DNA of 64,000 nucleotides. It comes from Rhodopseudomonas palustris. Its GTDB lineage: Bacteria > Pseudomonadota > Alphaproteobacteria > Rhizobiales > Xanthobacteraceae. The notes under the pieces were generated by a model. That model was not told where the DNA came from, did not search any database, and worked only from the letters and a program-made list of their open reading frames with translations. Of the stretch, positions 21,521 through 32,054 are shown piece after piece. The stretch is from the NCBI GenBank assembly GCA_016215605.1, contig JACRJB010000006.1, forward strand, positions 3,842 through 67,841, read 5' to 3'. Every line of letters starts with the position of its first letter. Position 1 is the stretch's first letter. The position numbers and the translations under genes are program-made.

Positions 21521-21551
21521 CGTCATAGCCGGAACGAGCCCGGGCATGACG
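21521..21551 (-). repeat. Variant family A REP
   Basis: Reverse complement reads cgtc-atgcccggg-ctcgt-tccggctat-gacg. Confidence 0.65.
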
Positions 21552-21584
21552 GCGACAACCAAGTCCAATCGAGAGGAGACGTCC

Positions 21585-22322
21585 GTGCAGCAGCGCAACG
21601 CCACCGTCGCGGTGATCGGCGCCGGCGACTACATCGGCGCCGAGATCGCCAAGAAATTCGCCGCGGAAGGCTTCACCGTGTTCGCCGGCCGGCGCGACGG
21701 CGCCAAGCTGGAGCCGCTGGTCCGCGAGATCGAGGCGGCGGGCGGCCGGATCGTGGCGCGCACGCTCGACGCCCGCAAGGAGGACGAGGTCGCCGCCTTC
21801 CTCAATGAGGCCGACGCCCACGCGCCGCTCGAGGTGACGATCTTCAACGTCGGCGCCAACGTCAATTTTCCGATCCTGGAGACCACCGACCGGGTGTTTC
21901 GCAAGGTCTGGGAGATGGCGTGCTGGGCGGGTTTCGTGTCGGGACGGGAGTCGGCGCGGCTGATGCTGCCGCGCGGACGCGGCAACATCTTCTTCACCGG
22001 CGCGACCGCGTCGCTGCGCGGCGGCTCGGGCTTTGCGGCTTTCGCCAGCGCCAAATTCGGCCTGCGCGCGGTGGCGCAGTCGATGGCGCGCGAATTGATG
22101 CCGAAGAACATTCACGTCGCGCATCTGATCATCGATTCCGGCGTCGACACCGCCTGGGTCCGCGAGCGCCGCGAGCAGCTGTGGGGCAAGGAGGCGCTCG
22201 CCAATCCCGACCTGCTGATGCCGCCGGCCTCGGTCGCCGGCGCCTATTGGCAGCTGTATCAGCAGCCGAAGAGCGCCTGGACCTTCGAGATGGAAATCCG
22301 CCCGTTCGGCGAGAAGTGGTAG
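21585..22322 (+). CDS. SDR oxidoreductase
   Basis: IGAGDYIG, FNVGAN, FTGATASLRG, FASAKFGLR; GTG start with GAGGAG RBS. Confidence 0.88.
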   Translation: MQQRNATVAVIGAGDYIGAEIAKKFAAEGFTVFAGRRDGAKLEPLVREIEAAGGRIVARTLDARKEDEVAAFLNEADAHAPLEVTIFNVGANVNFPILETTDRVFRKVWEMACWAGFVSGRESARLMLPRGRGNIFFTGATASLRGGSGFAAFASAKFGLRAVAQSMARELMPKNIHVAHLIIDSGVDTAWVRERREQLWGKEALANPDLLMPPASVAGAYWQLYQQPKSAWTFEMEIRPFGEKW

Positions 22323-22395
22323 CGGCCATGCAGCCGGCGCGCTCGCCATCGCCCGGCGGACGCGATATCACGTCGCAAAATCCAGGGAGTGAACG

Positions 22396-23316
22396 ATGCG
22401 GATTCTGGTGGTCGGCGCCGGTGCGATCGGTGGCTATTTCGGCGGACGGCTGCTGCAGATCGGGCGCGACGTCACGTTTCTGGTCCGGCCGCGGCGCGCC
22501 GAGGAGCTGAAACGCGACGGGCTGGTGATCAAGAGCCCGCACGGCGATCTGACGATCCCGAACCCGCCGGCGGTGCAGGCCGCCGATCTGAAGCCCGATT
22601 ACGATCTGGTGCTGCTGAGCTGCAAGGCGTTCGATCTCGACGACGCGATCGCCTCGTTCGCCGTCGGCGTCGGGCCGAACACCGTGATCCTGCCGTTGCT
22701 CAACGGCCTGAAACATCTCGACGTGCTCGACGCGCGGTTCGGCCGCGAGCGCGTGCTCGGCGGCCAATGCGTGATCGCCGCGATGCTCGACGCGCAGCGC
22801 CACGTCGTGCAGCTCGCGCCGATGAACGCGATCACCTTCGGCGAGCGCGACGGCAGCCTGTCGGACCGCGGCGGCGCCATCGCGCAGGCGCTCGGCGGCT
22901 CCTCTTTCGAGGTCCACCAGGTCGGCGAGATCCTGCAGGAGATGTGGGAGAAGTGGGTGTTCCTCGCTTCGCTCGCCGGCTCCACCAGCCTGATGCGCGC
23001 CGCCACCGGCGACATTCTGGCCGCGCCCGGCGGCGCCGATTTCATGCTCGGTGTGGTCGGCGAGATCTCGGCGATCGCGACCGCCGCCGGCCATCCGCCG
23101 CGCGAGGCGTTCCTGCAGCGGACCCGCGGCATGCTGCTGGCGGAAGGCTCCAAGCTCACCGCTTCGATGTTTCGCGACATCCAGGCCGGCGCGCAGATCG
23201 AGGCCGACCATGTCATCGGCGACCTGATCGCGCGCGCCGAGGCGGCGAAGATCGAGGTGCCGCGGCTGCGGGTGATCTACACCCATCTCAAGGCCTACGA
23301 GCGCCAGCGCGGCTGA
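22396..23316 (+). CDS. panE: 2-dehydropantoate 2-reductase
   Basis: VGAGAIGGYFG, LPLLNG, WEKWVFL, SMFRDI, IEADH. Confidence 0.88.
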   Translation: MRILVVGAGAIGGYFGGRLLQIGRDVTFLVRPRRAEELKRDGLVIKSPHGDLTIPNPPAVQAADLKPDYDLVLLSCKAFDLDDAIASFAVGVGPNTVILPLLNGLKHLDVLDARFGRERVLGGQCVIAAMLDAQRHVVQLAPMNAITFGERDGSLSDRGGAIAQALGGSSFEVHQVGEILQEMWEKWVFLASLAGSTSLMRAATGDILAAPGGADFMLGVVGEISAIATAAGHPPREAFLQRTRGMLLAEGSKLTASMFRDIQAGAQIEADHVIGDLIARAEAAKIEVPRLRVIYTHLKAYERQRG

Positions 23317-23579
23317 GTCGGTTTCGGCGTCGGCAAGCCCGGCCGCGTCATCCCCCGCGCGGCGCCGTCGGTCGGCGCGCTGCTTGCCGTGATCGGCGTC
23401 GCCCACAGGGCGCGCGATACCGACGGCGAATCCGTCGCGACACGGCTTATTCCAAGCGAATGATTTGCGTTCGCTTTCTGCGGCCTCATCCTTTCGTCTA
23501 CGCGATTCGGCGATCGATACCGATCGGGCCTCGTAAGCATCCGAGGCGCGCGTCGCGAAGCCTTTTGTTCCTTGCACAT

Positions 23580-23593
23580 TTGACCTGTTTCAA
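23580..23593. promoter_or_regulatory. Imperfect FixK/Fnr box
   Basis: TTGAC-ctgt-TTCAA. Confidence 0.45.
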
Positions 23594-23637
23594 TGACAAC
23601 GGCCGCGCCCAGCCGATGTGGCGCAAAATTATGCAAT

Positions 23638-23651
23638 TTGATTTCGATCAA
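23638..23651. promoter_or_regulatory. FixK/Fnr box
   Basis: Perfect TTGAT-ttcg-ATCAA, 62 bp upstream of ccoN. Confidence 0.9.
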
Positions 23652-23713
23652 ACGGCCACTTCGGATTCCGGGTTTGGTGCGACCAACTGCCCCGCCGAGA
23701 AAAGATTGATCAG

Positions 23714-25360
23714 ATGAATCAAGCTCTCACATCCAAACGGATCACCCTTGGCGAGGGTGGTCTGACGCTCGTGTTCACGCTGACCACGGTGCTTTGCGTC
23801 TATGCTGCGATCTTCGCCAAGGACGCGCCCTTCGCCTTCCACGCCGCTCTCGGCGCTGCCTTCAGCGCCTGGGCCGTCTTTGCGATCATCACGCGCTACA
23901 GCCGCCGCACCGGCCTGCCGCCGCAGGAAATCAACGGCGTGCCGAACTACAATCTCGGCCCGATCAAATTCCTGTCGTTCATGGCGATGTTCTGGGGCAT
24001 CGCCGGCTTCACGGTGGGCCTCTACATCGCGCTGGAGCTGGCCTATCCGGGCCTCAACGTCGCGCAATGGGTGAATTTCGGCCGGCTCCGGCCGCTGCAC
24101 ACCTCCGCGGTGGTGTTCGCCTTCGGCGGCAACGTGCTGCTGGCGACCTCGTTCTACGTGGTGCAGCGGACGACGCGGGCGCGGATCGCGGGCGATCTCG
24201 CGCCGTGGTTCGTGGCGATCGGCTACAACTTCTTCATCGTCATCGCCGGCACCGGCTATCTGCTCGGCGTCACGCAGTCGAAGGAATACGCCGAGCCGGA
24301 ATGGTACGCCGATTTGTGGCTGACCATCGTCTGGGTCGTTTATCTCCTGGTCTTCGTCGCGACGCTGATGAAGCGCAAGGAGCCGCACATCTACGTGGCG
24401 AACTGGTTCTACCTCGCCTTCATCCTGACCATTGCGGTGCTGCATCTCGGCAACAATCCGACGCTGCCGGTGTCGCTGCTCGGCTCCAAGTCGTACATCG
24501 CCTGGGCCGGCGTGCAGGACGCGATGTTCCAGTGGTGGTACGGCCACAACGCGGTCGGCTTCTTCCTCACCGCCGGCTTCCTCGCCATCATGTACTACTT
24601 CATCCCGAAGCGGGCGGAACGGCCGGTGTATTCCTATCGGCTGTCGATCATCCATTTCTGGGCGCTGATCTTCCTGTACATCTGGGCCGGTCCGCACCAC
24701 CTGCACTACACCGCGCTGCCGGACTGGACGCAGACGCTCGGCATGACGTTCTCGATCATGCTGTGGATGCCCTCCTGGGGCGGCATGATCAACGGCCTGA
24801 TGACGCTGTCGGGCGCCTGGGACAAGCTGCGCACCGATCCGGTGCTCCGCATGATGGTGGTGTCGGTCGCGTTCTACGGCATGTCGACCTTCGAGGGCCC
24901 GATGATGGCCATCAAGGCCGTCAACTCGCTCAGCCACTACACCGACTGGACCGTCGGCCACGTGCACTCCGGTGCGCTCGGCTGGGTCGGCTTCGTCTCC
25001 TTCGGCGCGCTGTACTGCCTGGTGCCGTGGGTCTGGGGCCGCAAGCAGCTCTACAGCCTGCGCCTGGTCAACTGGCACTTCTGGATCGCGACCCTCGGCA
25101 TCGTCCTCTACATCTCGGCGATGTGGGTGTCGGGTATCCTGCAGGGCCTGATGTGGCGCGCCTACACCTCGCTCGGCTTCCTCGAATACTCGTTCATCGA
25201 AACCGTCGAAGCGATGCATCCGTTCTATGCGATCCGCGCTGCGGGTGGCGGGCTGTTCCTGATCGGCGCGCTGATCATGGCCTACAATCTCTGGATGACG
25301 GTTCGCGTCGGTGAATCGTCCGAGGCCCAGCCGCGCGTCGCCCTGCAGGCCGCCGAGTAA
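23714..25360 (+). CDS. ccoN: cbb3-type cytochrome c oxidase subunit I
   Basis: [33 protein letters not shown]. Confidence 0.98.
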   Translation: MNQALTSKRITLGEGGLTLVFTLTTVLCVYAAIFAKDAPFAFHAALGAAFSAWAVFAIITRYSRRTGLPPQEINGVPNYNLGPIKFLSFMAMFWGIAGFTVGLYIALELAYPGLNVAQWVNFGRLRPLHTSAVVFAFGGNVLLATSFYVVQRTTRARIAGDLAPWFVAIGYNFFIVIAGTGYLLGVTQSKEYAEPEWYADLWLTIVWVVYLLVFVATLMKRKEPHIYVANWFYLAFILTIAVLHLGNNPTLPVSLLGSKSYIAWAGVQDAMFQWWYGHNAVGFFLTAGFLAIMYYFIPKRAERPVYSYRLSIIHFWALIFLYIWAGPHHLHYTALPDWTQTLGMTFSIMLWMPSWGGMINGLMTLSGAWDKLRTDPVLRMMVVSVAFYGMSTFEGPMMAIKAVNSLSHYTDWTVGHVHSGALGWVGFVSFGALYCLVPWVWGRKQLYSLRLVNWHFWIATLGIVLYISAMWVSGILQGLMWRAYTSLGFLEYSFIETVEAMHPFYAIRAAGGGLFLIGALIMAYNLWMTVRVGESSEAQPRVALQAAE

Positions 25361-25371
25361 GGAAAAGGTCG

Positions 25372-26106
25372 ATGTCTTTCTGGAATCGTCACAAGATCTT
25401 CGAGACGAACTCGATCGTTCTGATCGTGGGCATCCTTCTCGTCATCGCGATCGGCGGCTTGGTCGAAATCACGCCGCTGTTCTACCTCAAGAGTACGATC
25501 GAGAAGGTGGACGGGATCCGTCCCTACACCCCGCTCGAACTCGCCGGCCGCAACGTCTACATCCGCGAGGGCTGCTATCTGTGCCACTCGCAGATGATCC
25601 GTCCGCTGCGCGACGAGATCGAGCGCTACGGCCACTACTCGCTCGCCGCGGAGTCGATGTACGACCATCCGTTCCAGTGGGGCTCCAAGCGCACCGGTCC
25701 GGACCTCGCCCGGGTCGGCGGCAAGTACTCCGACGACTGGCACGTCGCGCATCTGAAGAATCCGCGGTCGATCGTGCCGCAGTCGGTGATGCCGAGCTAC
25801 GCGTTCCTCGCCAGCAACACGGTCGATGGGGCGAGCCTCGCCGACCATCTGCGCACCAACCGCGTCCTCGGCGTGCCCTACACCGACGAGGACGTCGCCA
25901 AGGCGGCGGAAGATCTGAAGAGCCAGGTCGATCCCGACGGCGCCGGCGCGGCCGACCTGCTGAAGCGCTATCCGAAGGCCGTCGTCCGCAATTTCGACGG
26001 CCAGGGCGGCGCCCCGACCGAACTCGACGCGCTGGTCGCCTATCTGCAGATGCTCGGCACGCTCGTCGACTTCAAGCTCTACAACGAAAAAGCCAATCTG
26101 CGCTGA
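25372..26106 (+). CDS. ccoO: cbb3 oxidase subunit II
   Basis: [30 protein letters not shown]. Confidence 0.98.
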   Translation: MSFWNRHKIFETNSIVLIVGILLVIAIGGLVEITPLFYLKSTIEKVDGIRPYTPLELAGRNVYIREGCYLCHSQMIRPLRDEIERYGHYSLAAESMYDHPFQWGSKRTGPDLARVGGKYSDDWHVAHLKNPRSIVPQSVMPSYAFLASNTVDGASLADHLRTNRVLGVPYTDEDVAKAAEDLKSQVDPDGAGAADLLKRYPKAVVRNFDGQGGAPTELDALVAYLQMLGTLVDFKLYNEKANLR

Positions 26107-26115
26107 GGTGGGGAC

Positions 26116-26280
26116 ATGAAAGCGATCATCTCGGTCGAGAACTTCGTATCCAGCTTCGTCACCGTGTGGTGGACGCCGCTGTTCATGGTGATCTTCTTCG
26201 CCATCGTCGCCTACGCGCTGTGGCCGAAGAACAAGACGGCTTTCGACGACGCCGCGCGCATGCCGCTGCGAGAGGATTGA
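26116..26280 (+). CDS. ccoQ: cbb3 oxidase subunit IV (54 aa, below ORF-track cutoff)
   Basis: MKAIISVENF...IVAYALWPKNKTAFDDAARMPLRED between ccoO and ccoP. Confidence 0.92.
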   Translation: MKAIISVENFVSSFVTVWWTPLFMVIFFAIVAYALWPKNKTAFDDAARMPLRED

Positions 26281-26287
26281 TAGGACC

Positions 26288-27169
26288 ATGGCTGACCACG
26301 CACATCACGCCGAGATCGACAAGGTCACCGGCACCGCAACGACCGGCCATGAGTGGGACGGGATCAAGGAACTGAACACGCCGCTGCCGCGGTGGTGGAT
26401 CTGGACCTTTTACGCCTGCATCATCTGGTCGATCGGCTACTTCATCGTCTATCCGGCCTGGCCGCTGATGGACGGTTACACCAAGGGTCTGTTCGGCTAT
26501 TCGTCCCGCGCCGAACTCGCCGTCGACCTCGCCAACCTCGACAAGGTGCGCGGCGACAAGATGGCCGCGCTCGCCACGGCGCCGCTGGCCGAGATCGAAA
26601 AGGACCCGGCGCTGCTGGCGCTCGCCCGCGCCAAGGGCAAGGTGGTGTTCGGCGACAATTGCGCCGCCTGCCACGGCTCCGGCGGTGCCGGCGCCAAGGG
26701 CTATCCGAACCTCAACGACGACGACTGGCTGTGGGGCGGCACGCTCGACCAGATCGAGCAGACCATCAAGTTCGGCGCCCGGTCGGGCCACGACGACGCC
26801 CACCAGGGCAACATGCCGGCGTTCGGCAAGGACGGCCTGCTGACCAAGGACCAGATCGTCATCATGGCCAATTACGTCCGGTCGCTGTCCGGCCTGTCGA
26901 CCCGCTCCGGCGTCGATCTCGCCGCCGGCAAGCAGTTGTTCGCCGACAATTGCTCCTCGTGCCATGGCGACGAAGCCAAGGGCAATCCCGAGCTCGGCGC
27001 CCCGAACCTGACCGACAGGATCTGGCTCTACGGCTCGGATGAGGCTACTCTGATCGAGACCCTGACCAACGGTCGCGGCGGCGTGATGCCGGCCTGGACC
27101 GGGCGTCTCGATCCGGCCACCATCAAGGCGATGGCGGTGTACGTGCACTCGCTCGGCGGCGGCAAATAG
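26288..27169 (+). CDS. ccoP: cbb3 oxidase subunit III
   Basis: TGHEWDGIKEL, CAACH, CSSCH, MPAW. Confidence 0.98.
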   Translation: MADHAHHAEIDKVTGTATTGHEWDGIKELNTPLPRWWIWTFYACIIWSIGYFIVYPAWPLMDGYTKGLFGYSSRAELAVDLANLDKVRGDKMAALATAPLAEIEKDPALLALARAKGKVVFGDNCAACHGSGGAGAKGYPNLNDDDWLWGGTLDQIEQTIKFGARSGHDDAHQGNMPAFGKDGLLTKDQIVIMANYVRSLSGLSTRSGVDLAAGKQLFADNCSSCHGDEAKGNPELGAPNLTDRIWLYGSDEATLIETLTNGRGGVMPAWTGRLDPATIKAMAVYVHSLGGGK

Positions 27170-27276
27170 CCGCCCCCGCCGGACGGGATCCTCGCGTGTT
27201 GGGGGACGCGCGAGGATCGGACGACGCGCAAGACCACGAGCGCAAGCTCAGCGACGCTGACAAGAAGAACCCCGAA

Positions 27277-28743
27277 ATGAACAAGCCCCTGCGCGACACC
27301 GAACTGCTTCCGGACGACGACGGAGGTCCGCTCTACGCCGCCGGAAAGAAGATCTATCCGCAGAGCGTGTCGGGGTCGTTCCGCCGGATCAAATGGATCC
27401 TGATGGCGGTCTGCCTCGGGATCTATTACTTCCTGCCGTTCGTGCGCTGGAATCGCGGTCTCGCCGCGCCCGACCAGGCGGTGCTGATCGATCTGGCCAA
27501 CAACCGGTTCTATTTCTTCTTCATCGAGCTGTGGCCGCAGGAGATCTACTACTTCACCGGCCTGCTGATCGTCGCGGCGGTCACGCTGTTTCTGATGAAC
27601 GCGCTCGGCGGCCGGGTGTGGTGCGGCTATCTCTGTCCGCAGACGGTGTGGACCGATTTGTTCTACGCGGTCGAGCGCCTGGTCGAAGGCGACCGCCGCG
27701 AGCGGATGCGCAAGGCCGAGGAAGGCTGGTCGATGCAGCGCGGCGCCGAGCTGGTGCTGAAGCATTCGATCTGGCTGATGATCGCGTGGTGGACCGGCGG
27801 CGCCTGGGTGCTGTACTTCGCCGACGCGCCGACCCTGATCAAGGAGCTGGTCACCTTCCAGGCGCCGATGGTCGCCTATATCTGGATCGGCATCCTGACC
27901 GCGACCACCTACACGCTCGCCGGCTTCATGCGCGAGCAGGTCTGCGTCTACATGTGTCCGTGGCCGCGGATCCAGGCGGCGCTGACCGACGAATGGGCGC
28001 TCAACGTCACCTACAAATACGACCGCGGCGAAACTAGGACGTCGCTGAAGAAGGCCGCGCAGCTGCGCGCGCTCGGCGAGCAGGTCGGCGACTGCGTCGA
28101 CTGCAACCAGTGCGTCGCGGTGTGCCCGACCGGGATCGACATCCGCAACGGCCCGCAGCTCGACTGCATCCAGTGCGGCCTGTGCATCGACGCCTGCGAC
28201 AACGTCATGACCAAGATCGGCCGCCCGACCCGGCTGATCGGCTACGACAACGACATCAACATCCATCGCCGGATGGAGGGCAAGCCGGAGGTGTTCAAGC
28301 CGCTGCGTGCCCGCACCGTGGTGTATTCCGGCCTGATCGCCGCGATCGGCGCGGTGATGCTGTACGCGATGCTGACCCGCAGCCTGCTCGACCTCAACGT
28401 GCTGCACGACCGCAATCCGGTCGCGGTGCGGCTCAGCGACGGCTCGATCCGCAACGGCTACACCATCCGCTTCCTCAACAAGCGCGGTTTCGACCGCGTC
28501 GTCGCGGTCGACGTCGACGGTCCGCCGAACGCGGTGATCCACGTCGTCGGTTCGGACTCGATCACGCCGGACCGGCCGATGATCATTCTCGCCCGCGACA
28601 CCACCACCGAACTGCGCGTGCTGGTGGATTCCCGGCCGCAATCCGAGGAAGACCTCGCACCGTCGACGCCGGTGAAGTTCCACGTCACCGATATCGGCCT
28701 TGGCGAGGTCGCGACCGCCAAGGACGTCTTCGTCAAGCCCTGA
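27277..28743 (+). CDS. ccoG: Cytochrome c oxidase accessory Fe-S protein
   Basis: WCGYLCPQT, CVYMCPWPRIQ, CVDCNQCVAVCPTG, CIQCGLCIDAC. Confidence 0.95.
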   Translation: MNKPLRDTELLPDDDGGPLYAAGKKIYPQSVSGSFRRIKWILMAVCLGIYYFLPFVRWNRGLAAPDQAVLIDLANNRFYFFFIELWPQEIYYFTGLLIVAAVTLFLMNALGGRVWCGYLCPQTVWTDLFYAVERLVEGDRRERMRKAEEGWSMQRGAELVLKHSIWLMIAWWTGGAWVLYFADAPTLIKELVTFQAPMVAYIWIGILTATTYTLAGFMREQVCVYMCPWPRIQAALTDEWALNVTYKYDRGETRTSLKKAAQLRALGEQVGDCVDCNQCVAVCPTGIDIRNGPQLDCIQCGLCIDACDNVMTKIGRPTRLIGYDNDINIHRRMEGKPEVFKPLRARTVVYSGLIAAIGAVMLYAMLTRSLLDLNVLHDRNPVAVRLSDGSIRNGYTIRFLNKRGFDRVVAVDVDGPPNAVIHVVGSDSITPDRPMIILARDTTTELRVLVDSRPQSEEDLAPSTPVKFHVTDIGLGEVATAKDVFVKP

Positions 28744-28763
28744 ACCACCGATCGGAGCGCCCC

Positions 28764-29264
28764 ATGACTCGTACGACCTCCAAACCGCGGCAACTCACCG
28801 GCAAGGTGGTGCTGGCGTCGCTGATCGCGTTCTTCGGCGTGGTGTTCGGCGTCAACGGGCTGATGATGACGCTGGCGATCAAGACGCTGCCGGGCACCGA
28901 GGTCGACAGCGCCTATGCGGCCAGCCTCGCTTATGAGGGTGAAATCGCCGCCGCGCGCGATCAGGAGAAGCGCGGCTGGAAGGTCGCGGCGAATGTCGAG
29001 CGCCAGCCCGACGGCAAGGCGACGCTGCGGGTCGAAGCGCGCGACCGCGCCGGCCTGCCGCTGGCGGGGCTGAAATTCTTCGGCCGTCTCGAGCGGCCCG
29101 CCGACAAGCGCGAGGATCGCGAGGTCGTGCTCGCCGAAATCGGCAGCGGCGTGTTTCAGGGCGATGCCTCCGGCGTCGCGCCGGGCCGATGGGATCTGGT
29201 GCTCGAAGGCGATCAGGACGGCATCCGCATGTTCCTGTCGAAGAACCGGCTGCAGCTGAACTGA
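28764..29264 (+). CDS. ccoH: FixH family protein
   Basis: FFGVVFGVN, AYAAS..Y, GWK; position in ccoGHIS. Confidence 0.9.
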   Translation: MTRTTSKPRQLTGKVVLASLIAFFGVVFGVNGLMMTLAIKTLPGTEVDSAYAASLAYEGEIAAARDQEKRGWKVAANVERQPDGKATLRVEARDRAGLPLAGLKFFGRLERPADKREDREVVLAEIGSGVFQGDASGVAPGRWDLVLEGDQDGIRMFLSKNRLQLN

Positions 29265-29297
29265 CGAATCGTCAGAGCGGGATCAAAGGGTCGCTGC

Positions 29298-31493
29298 ATG
29301 TTGATGACGCGGGACTTCTCTCACTACGTCAAGGACGTCGATCAGCAGGTCGCGCATCTCGACCTCGCGGTCGAAGGCGTCACCTGTGCCGGCTGCATGG
29401 CCAAGATCGAGCGCGGCCTGTCGGCGATCCCGGACGTGACGCTGGCCCGCGTCAACCTCACCGACCGCCGCCTCGCGGTGGAGTGGAAGAAGGGCGCGCT
29501 GGAGCCGGCGCTGTTCATCGACCGGCTCGCCGAGCTCGGCTACAAGGCCTATCCGTACGAGCCGGTCCGCGCCGAGGTCGAAGAATCCGAGCGCTCGAAA
29601 TTCCTGCTGCGCTGCCTCGGCGTCGCCGCCTTCGCCACCATGAACGTGATGATGCTGTCGGTGCCGGTCTGGTACGGCGGTGATCTGTCGTCCGAAGCGC
29701 GCGATTTCTTCCACTGGCTGTCGGCGCTGGTGGTGCTGCCCTGCGCCGCCTATGCGGGCCAGCCGTTCTTCCAGTCCGCCTGGCGCGCGCTGTCGGCGAA
29801 GAGCGTCAACATGGACGTGCCGATCTCGATCGGCGTCGTGCTGGCGCTCGGCATGTCTCTGGTCGAGACCATCAACCACGCCGAACACACCTATTTCGAC
29901 GCGGCGATCATGCTGATCACCTTCCTGCTGGCGGGTCGCTTCCTCGACCAGAAGATGCGCCAGCGGACCCGTGCGGTGGCCGGCAATCTCGCGGCGCTGA
30001 AGGCCGAGACCGCGACCAAATTCGTCGGCCCCGACGAGATCAGCGAAGTGCCGATCGCCGCGGTGCGCGCCGGCGACATCGTGCTGCTGCGGCCGGGCGA
30101 GCGCTGCGCGGTCGACGGCAGCGTGGTCGAAGGCCGCTCCGAGATCGACCAGAGCCTGATCACCGGCGAGACGCTGTATGTGAAGGCGGAGCGCGGCACC
30201 CAGGTCTATGCCGGCACGCTGAACATCTCCGGCACGCTGCGCGTCCGCGTCGCCGCGGCCGCCGAAGGCACGCTGCTGTCCGAAATCACCCGGCTGCTCG
30301 ATCACGCGCTGCAGGCGCGCTCGCGCTACGTCCGGCTCGCCGACCGTGCCTCGCAGCTTTACGCGCCGGTGGTGCACGCCACCGCGCTGCTCACCGTGAT
30401 CGGCTGGGTGCTGGCCGGGGCGAGCTGGCACGACGCCGTCGTCACCGGCATCGCCGTGCTGATCATCACTTGCCCCTGCGCGCTCGGTCTGGCGATTCCC
30501 GCGGTGCAGACCGTCGCCTCGGGGGCGATGTTCCGCGCCGGCGTGTTGCTCAACGCCGGCGACGCGATCGAGCGCGCCGCCGCCGTCGATACCATCGTGT
30601 TCGACAAGACCGGCACGCTGACGCTGCCGGAGCTCGACGTCGTCAACGGCGCCGGCGTGCCGGACGAGATCTTCCAGCTCGCCGGCCGGCTGGCGCTCGC
30701 CAGCCATCATCCGGTCGCCGCCGCCGTGGCGCGCGCCGCGCAGGCCAAGGCGCCGCTGCCCGGAGTCACCGAGGAGCCCGGCCGCGGCGTGCGGGCGACG
30801 TTCAACGGCGAGGAGCTGCGGCTCGGCAGCCCGGCCTTCTGCGGCGCCGATGCTGAGGCCAACGCCATCCTCAGCGAAGATCCGGAAGTCTCGGTGGTCG
30901 CCTTCAGCCGCGGGGATCGGCACACGGTGTTCGCGGTCCGGCAGCTGCTGCGGCCCGACGCCGCCAAGACCATCGACGCGCTGACCAATCGCGGTATCGC
31001 CGTCGAACTGCTGTCCGGCGACCGCGAGCCAGCGGTGCGGCACGCCGCCGCCGCGCTCGGCGTCGGCGCCTGGCGCGCCGGGGTCACCCCGGCCGAGAAG
31101 ATCGCCCATATCGAGGCGTTGAAGGCGCAGGGCCGGGTGGTGATGATGGTCGGCGACGGCATGAACGACGCGCCGTCGCTCGCCGCCGCGCATGTCTCGA
31201 TGTCGCCGATCAGCGCTACCCATCTCAGCCAGGCCACCGCCGATCTGGTGTTCCTCGGCAAGGAGCTTGCGCCGGTGCTGGCCGCGGTCGACTATTCGCG
31301 CAAGGCGATGGCGGTGATGCGCGAGAATCTGACGCTGGCGATCGGCTACAATGTGCTGGCGGTGCCGATCGCGATCGCCGGCCTCGCCACGCCGCTGATC
31401 GCCGCGCTGGCGATGTCCGGTTCGTCGATCCTGGTGATGCTGAATGCAATGCGCGCCCGCCGGGTCCGCCTGGGAGGTGCGTCATGGAAGTGA
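29298..31493 (+). CDS. ccoI: Cu-type P1B ATPase
   Basis: CAGC, ITGE, CPC, DKTGT, HP, GDGMND. Confidence 0.95.
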   Translation: MLMTRDFSHYVKDVDQQVAHLDLAVEGVTCAGCMAKIERGLSAIPDVTLARVNLTDRRLAVEWKKGALEPALFIDRLAELGYKAYPYEPVRAEVEESERSKFLLRCLGVAAFATMNVMMLSVPVWYGGDLSSEARDFFHWLSALVVLPCAAYAGQPFFQSAWRALSAKSVNMDVPISIGVVLALGMSLVETINHAEHTYFDAAIMLITFLLAGRFLDQKMRQRTRAVAGNLAALKAETATKFVGPDEISEVPIAAVRAGDIVLLRPGERCAVDGSVVEGRSEIDQSLITGETLYVKAERGTQVYAGTLNISGTLRVRVAAAAEGTLLSEITRLLDHALQARSRYVRLADRASQLYAPVVHATALLTVIGWVLAGASWHDAVVTGIAVLIITCPCALGLAIPAVQTVASGAMFRAGVLLNAGDAIERAAAVDTIVFDKTGTLTLPELDVVNGAGVPDEIFQLAGRLALASHHPVAAAVARAAQAKAPLPGVTEEPGRGVRATFNGEELRLGSPAFCGADAEANAILSEDPEVSVVAFSRGDRHTVFAVRQLLRPDAAKTIDALTNRGIAVELLSGDREPAVRHAAAALGVGAWRAGVTPAEKIAHIEALKAQGRVVMMVGDGMNDAPSLAAAHVSMSPISATHLSQATADLVFLGKELAPVLAAVDYSRKAMAVMRENLTLAIGYNVLAVPIAIAGLATPLIAALAMSGSSILVMLNAMRARRVRLGGASWK

Positions 31494-31657
31494 TGGTGAT
31501 TCTGGTGCCGCTGGCGCTGGCGCTCGGGCTGCTCGGCCTCGGGGCGTTTCTGTGGTCGCTGAAGAGCGGCCAGTACGAGGACCTTGACGGCGCCGCCTGG
31601 CGCGCGATTTCCGACGACGACCAGCCGCTGCCGCCGCCGGCCCAGGAACGCGGCTGA
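31484..31657 (+). CDS. ccoS: cbb3 oxidase assembly protein (57 aa)
   Basis: MEVMVILVPLAL...FLWSLKSGQYEDLDGAAWRAI. Confidence 0.92.
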   Translation: MEVMVILVPLALALGLLGLGAFLWSLKSGQYEDLDGAAWRAISDDDQPLPPPAQERG

Positions 31658-31669
31658 AGGAGCGCTGAT

Positions 31670-31876
31670 ATGGCGATGCTCACCTACTACGATCCGGATG
31701 CCTTGATCCCGCGCCCCGCCCCGGCAGAGCCCCGCCTCGAGGTCCCGCCGGGCAGCGACGACGACGTCAAGGAACGCTGGCTGCAGGCCCAGCCGTGGCC
31801 GTACCGCGTCTTCGCACGGTGCTACCGCGCGCTGCGCAAGCTGCAGCCGATGTTCCCGCCGATGTCCTGCTGCTGA
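31670..31876 (+). CDS. Small hypothetical protein ending in Cys-Cys
   Basis: 68 aa, GAAGGAG RBS, 12 bp after the ccoS stop. Confidence 0.65.
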   Translation: MAMLTYYDPDALIPRPAPAEPRLEVPPGSDDDVKERWLQAQPWPYRVFARCYRALRKLQPMFPPMSCC

Positions 31877-31923
31877 GCGGCGACCGTCGTTCTCAGACGA
31901 GGCCGGCCCGCTTGTCGCAGCGA

Positions 31924-32054
31924 GCTCCCTCTCCCGCCTGCGGGAGAGGGTTGGGGTGAGGGCGCCCCGAGCAGTGAGTCCGCGATCCGTGGAGAGGAGT
32001 ACCCTTACCCCGGATCGCCGCGCGATCCGACCGCTCCCGCAAGCCGGAGAGGTT
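31924..32054. repeat. Family C doublet
   Basis: ccctctcccgcctgcgggagagggttggggtgaggg...ccggatcgccgcgcgatccga...; close to the 60377-60505 copy. Confidence 0.85.

Noticed and set aside
23620-23636. Sigma54 promoter-like TGGC...TGC (also near 7310)
   Set aside because: GG-to-GC spacing is off by one base.
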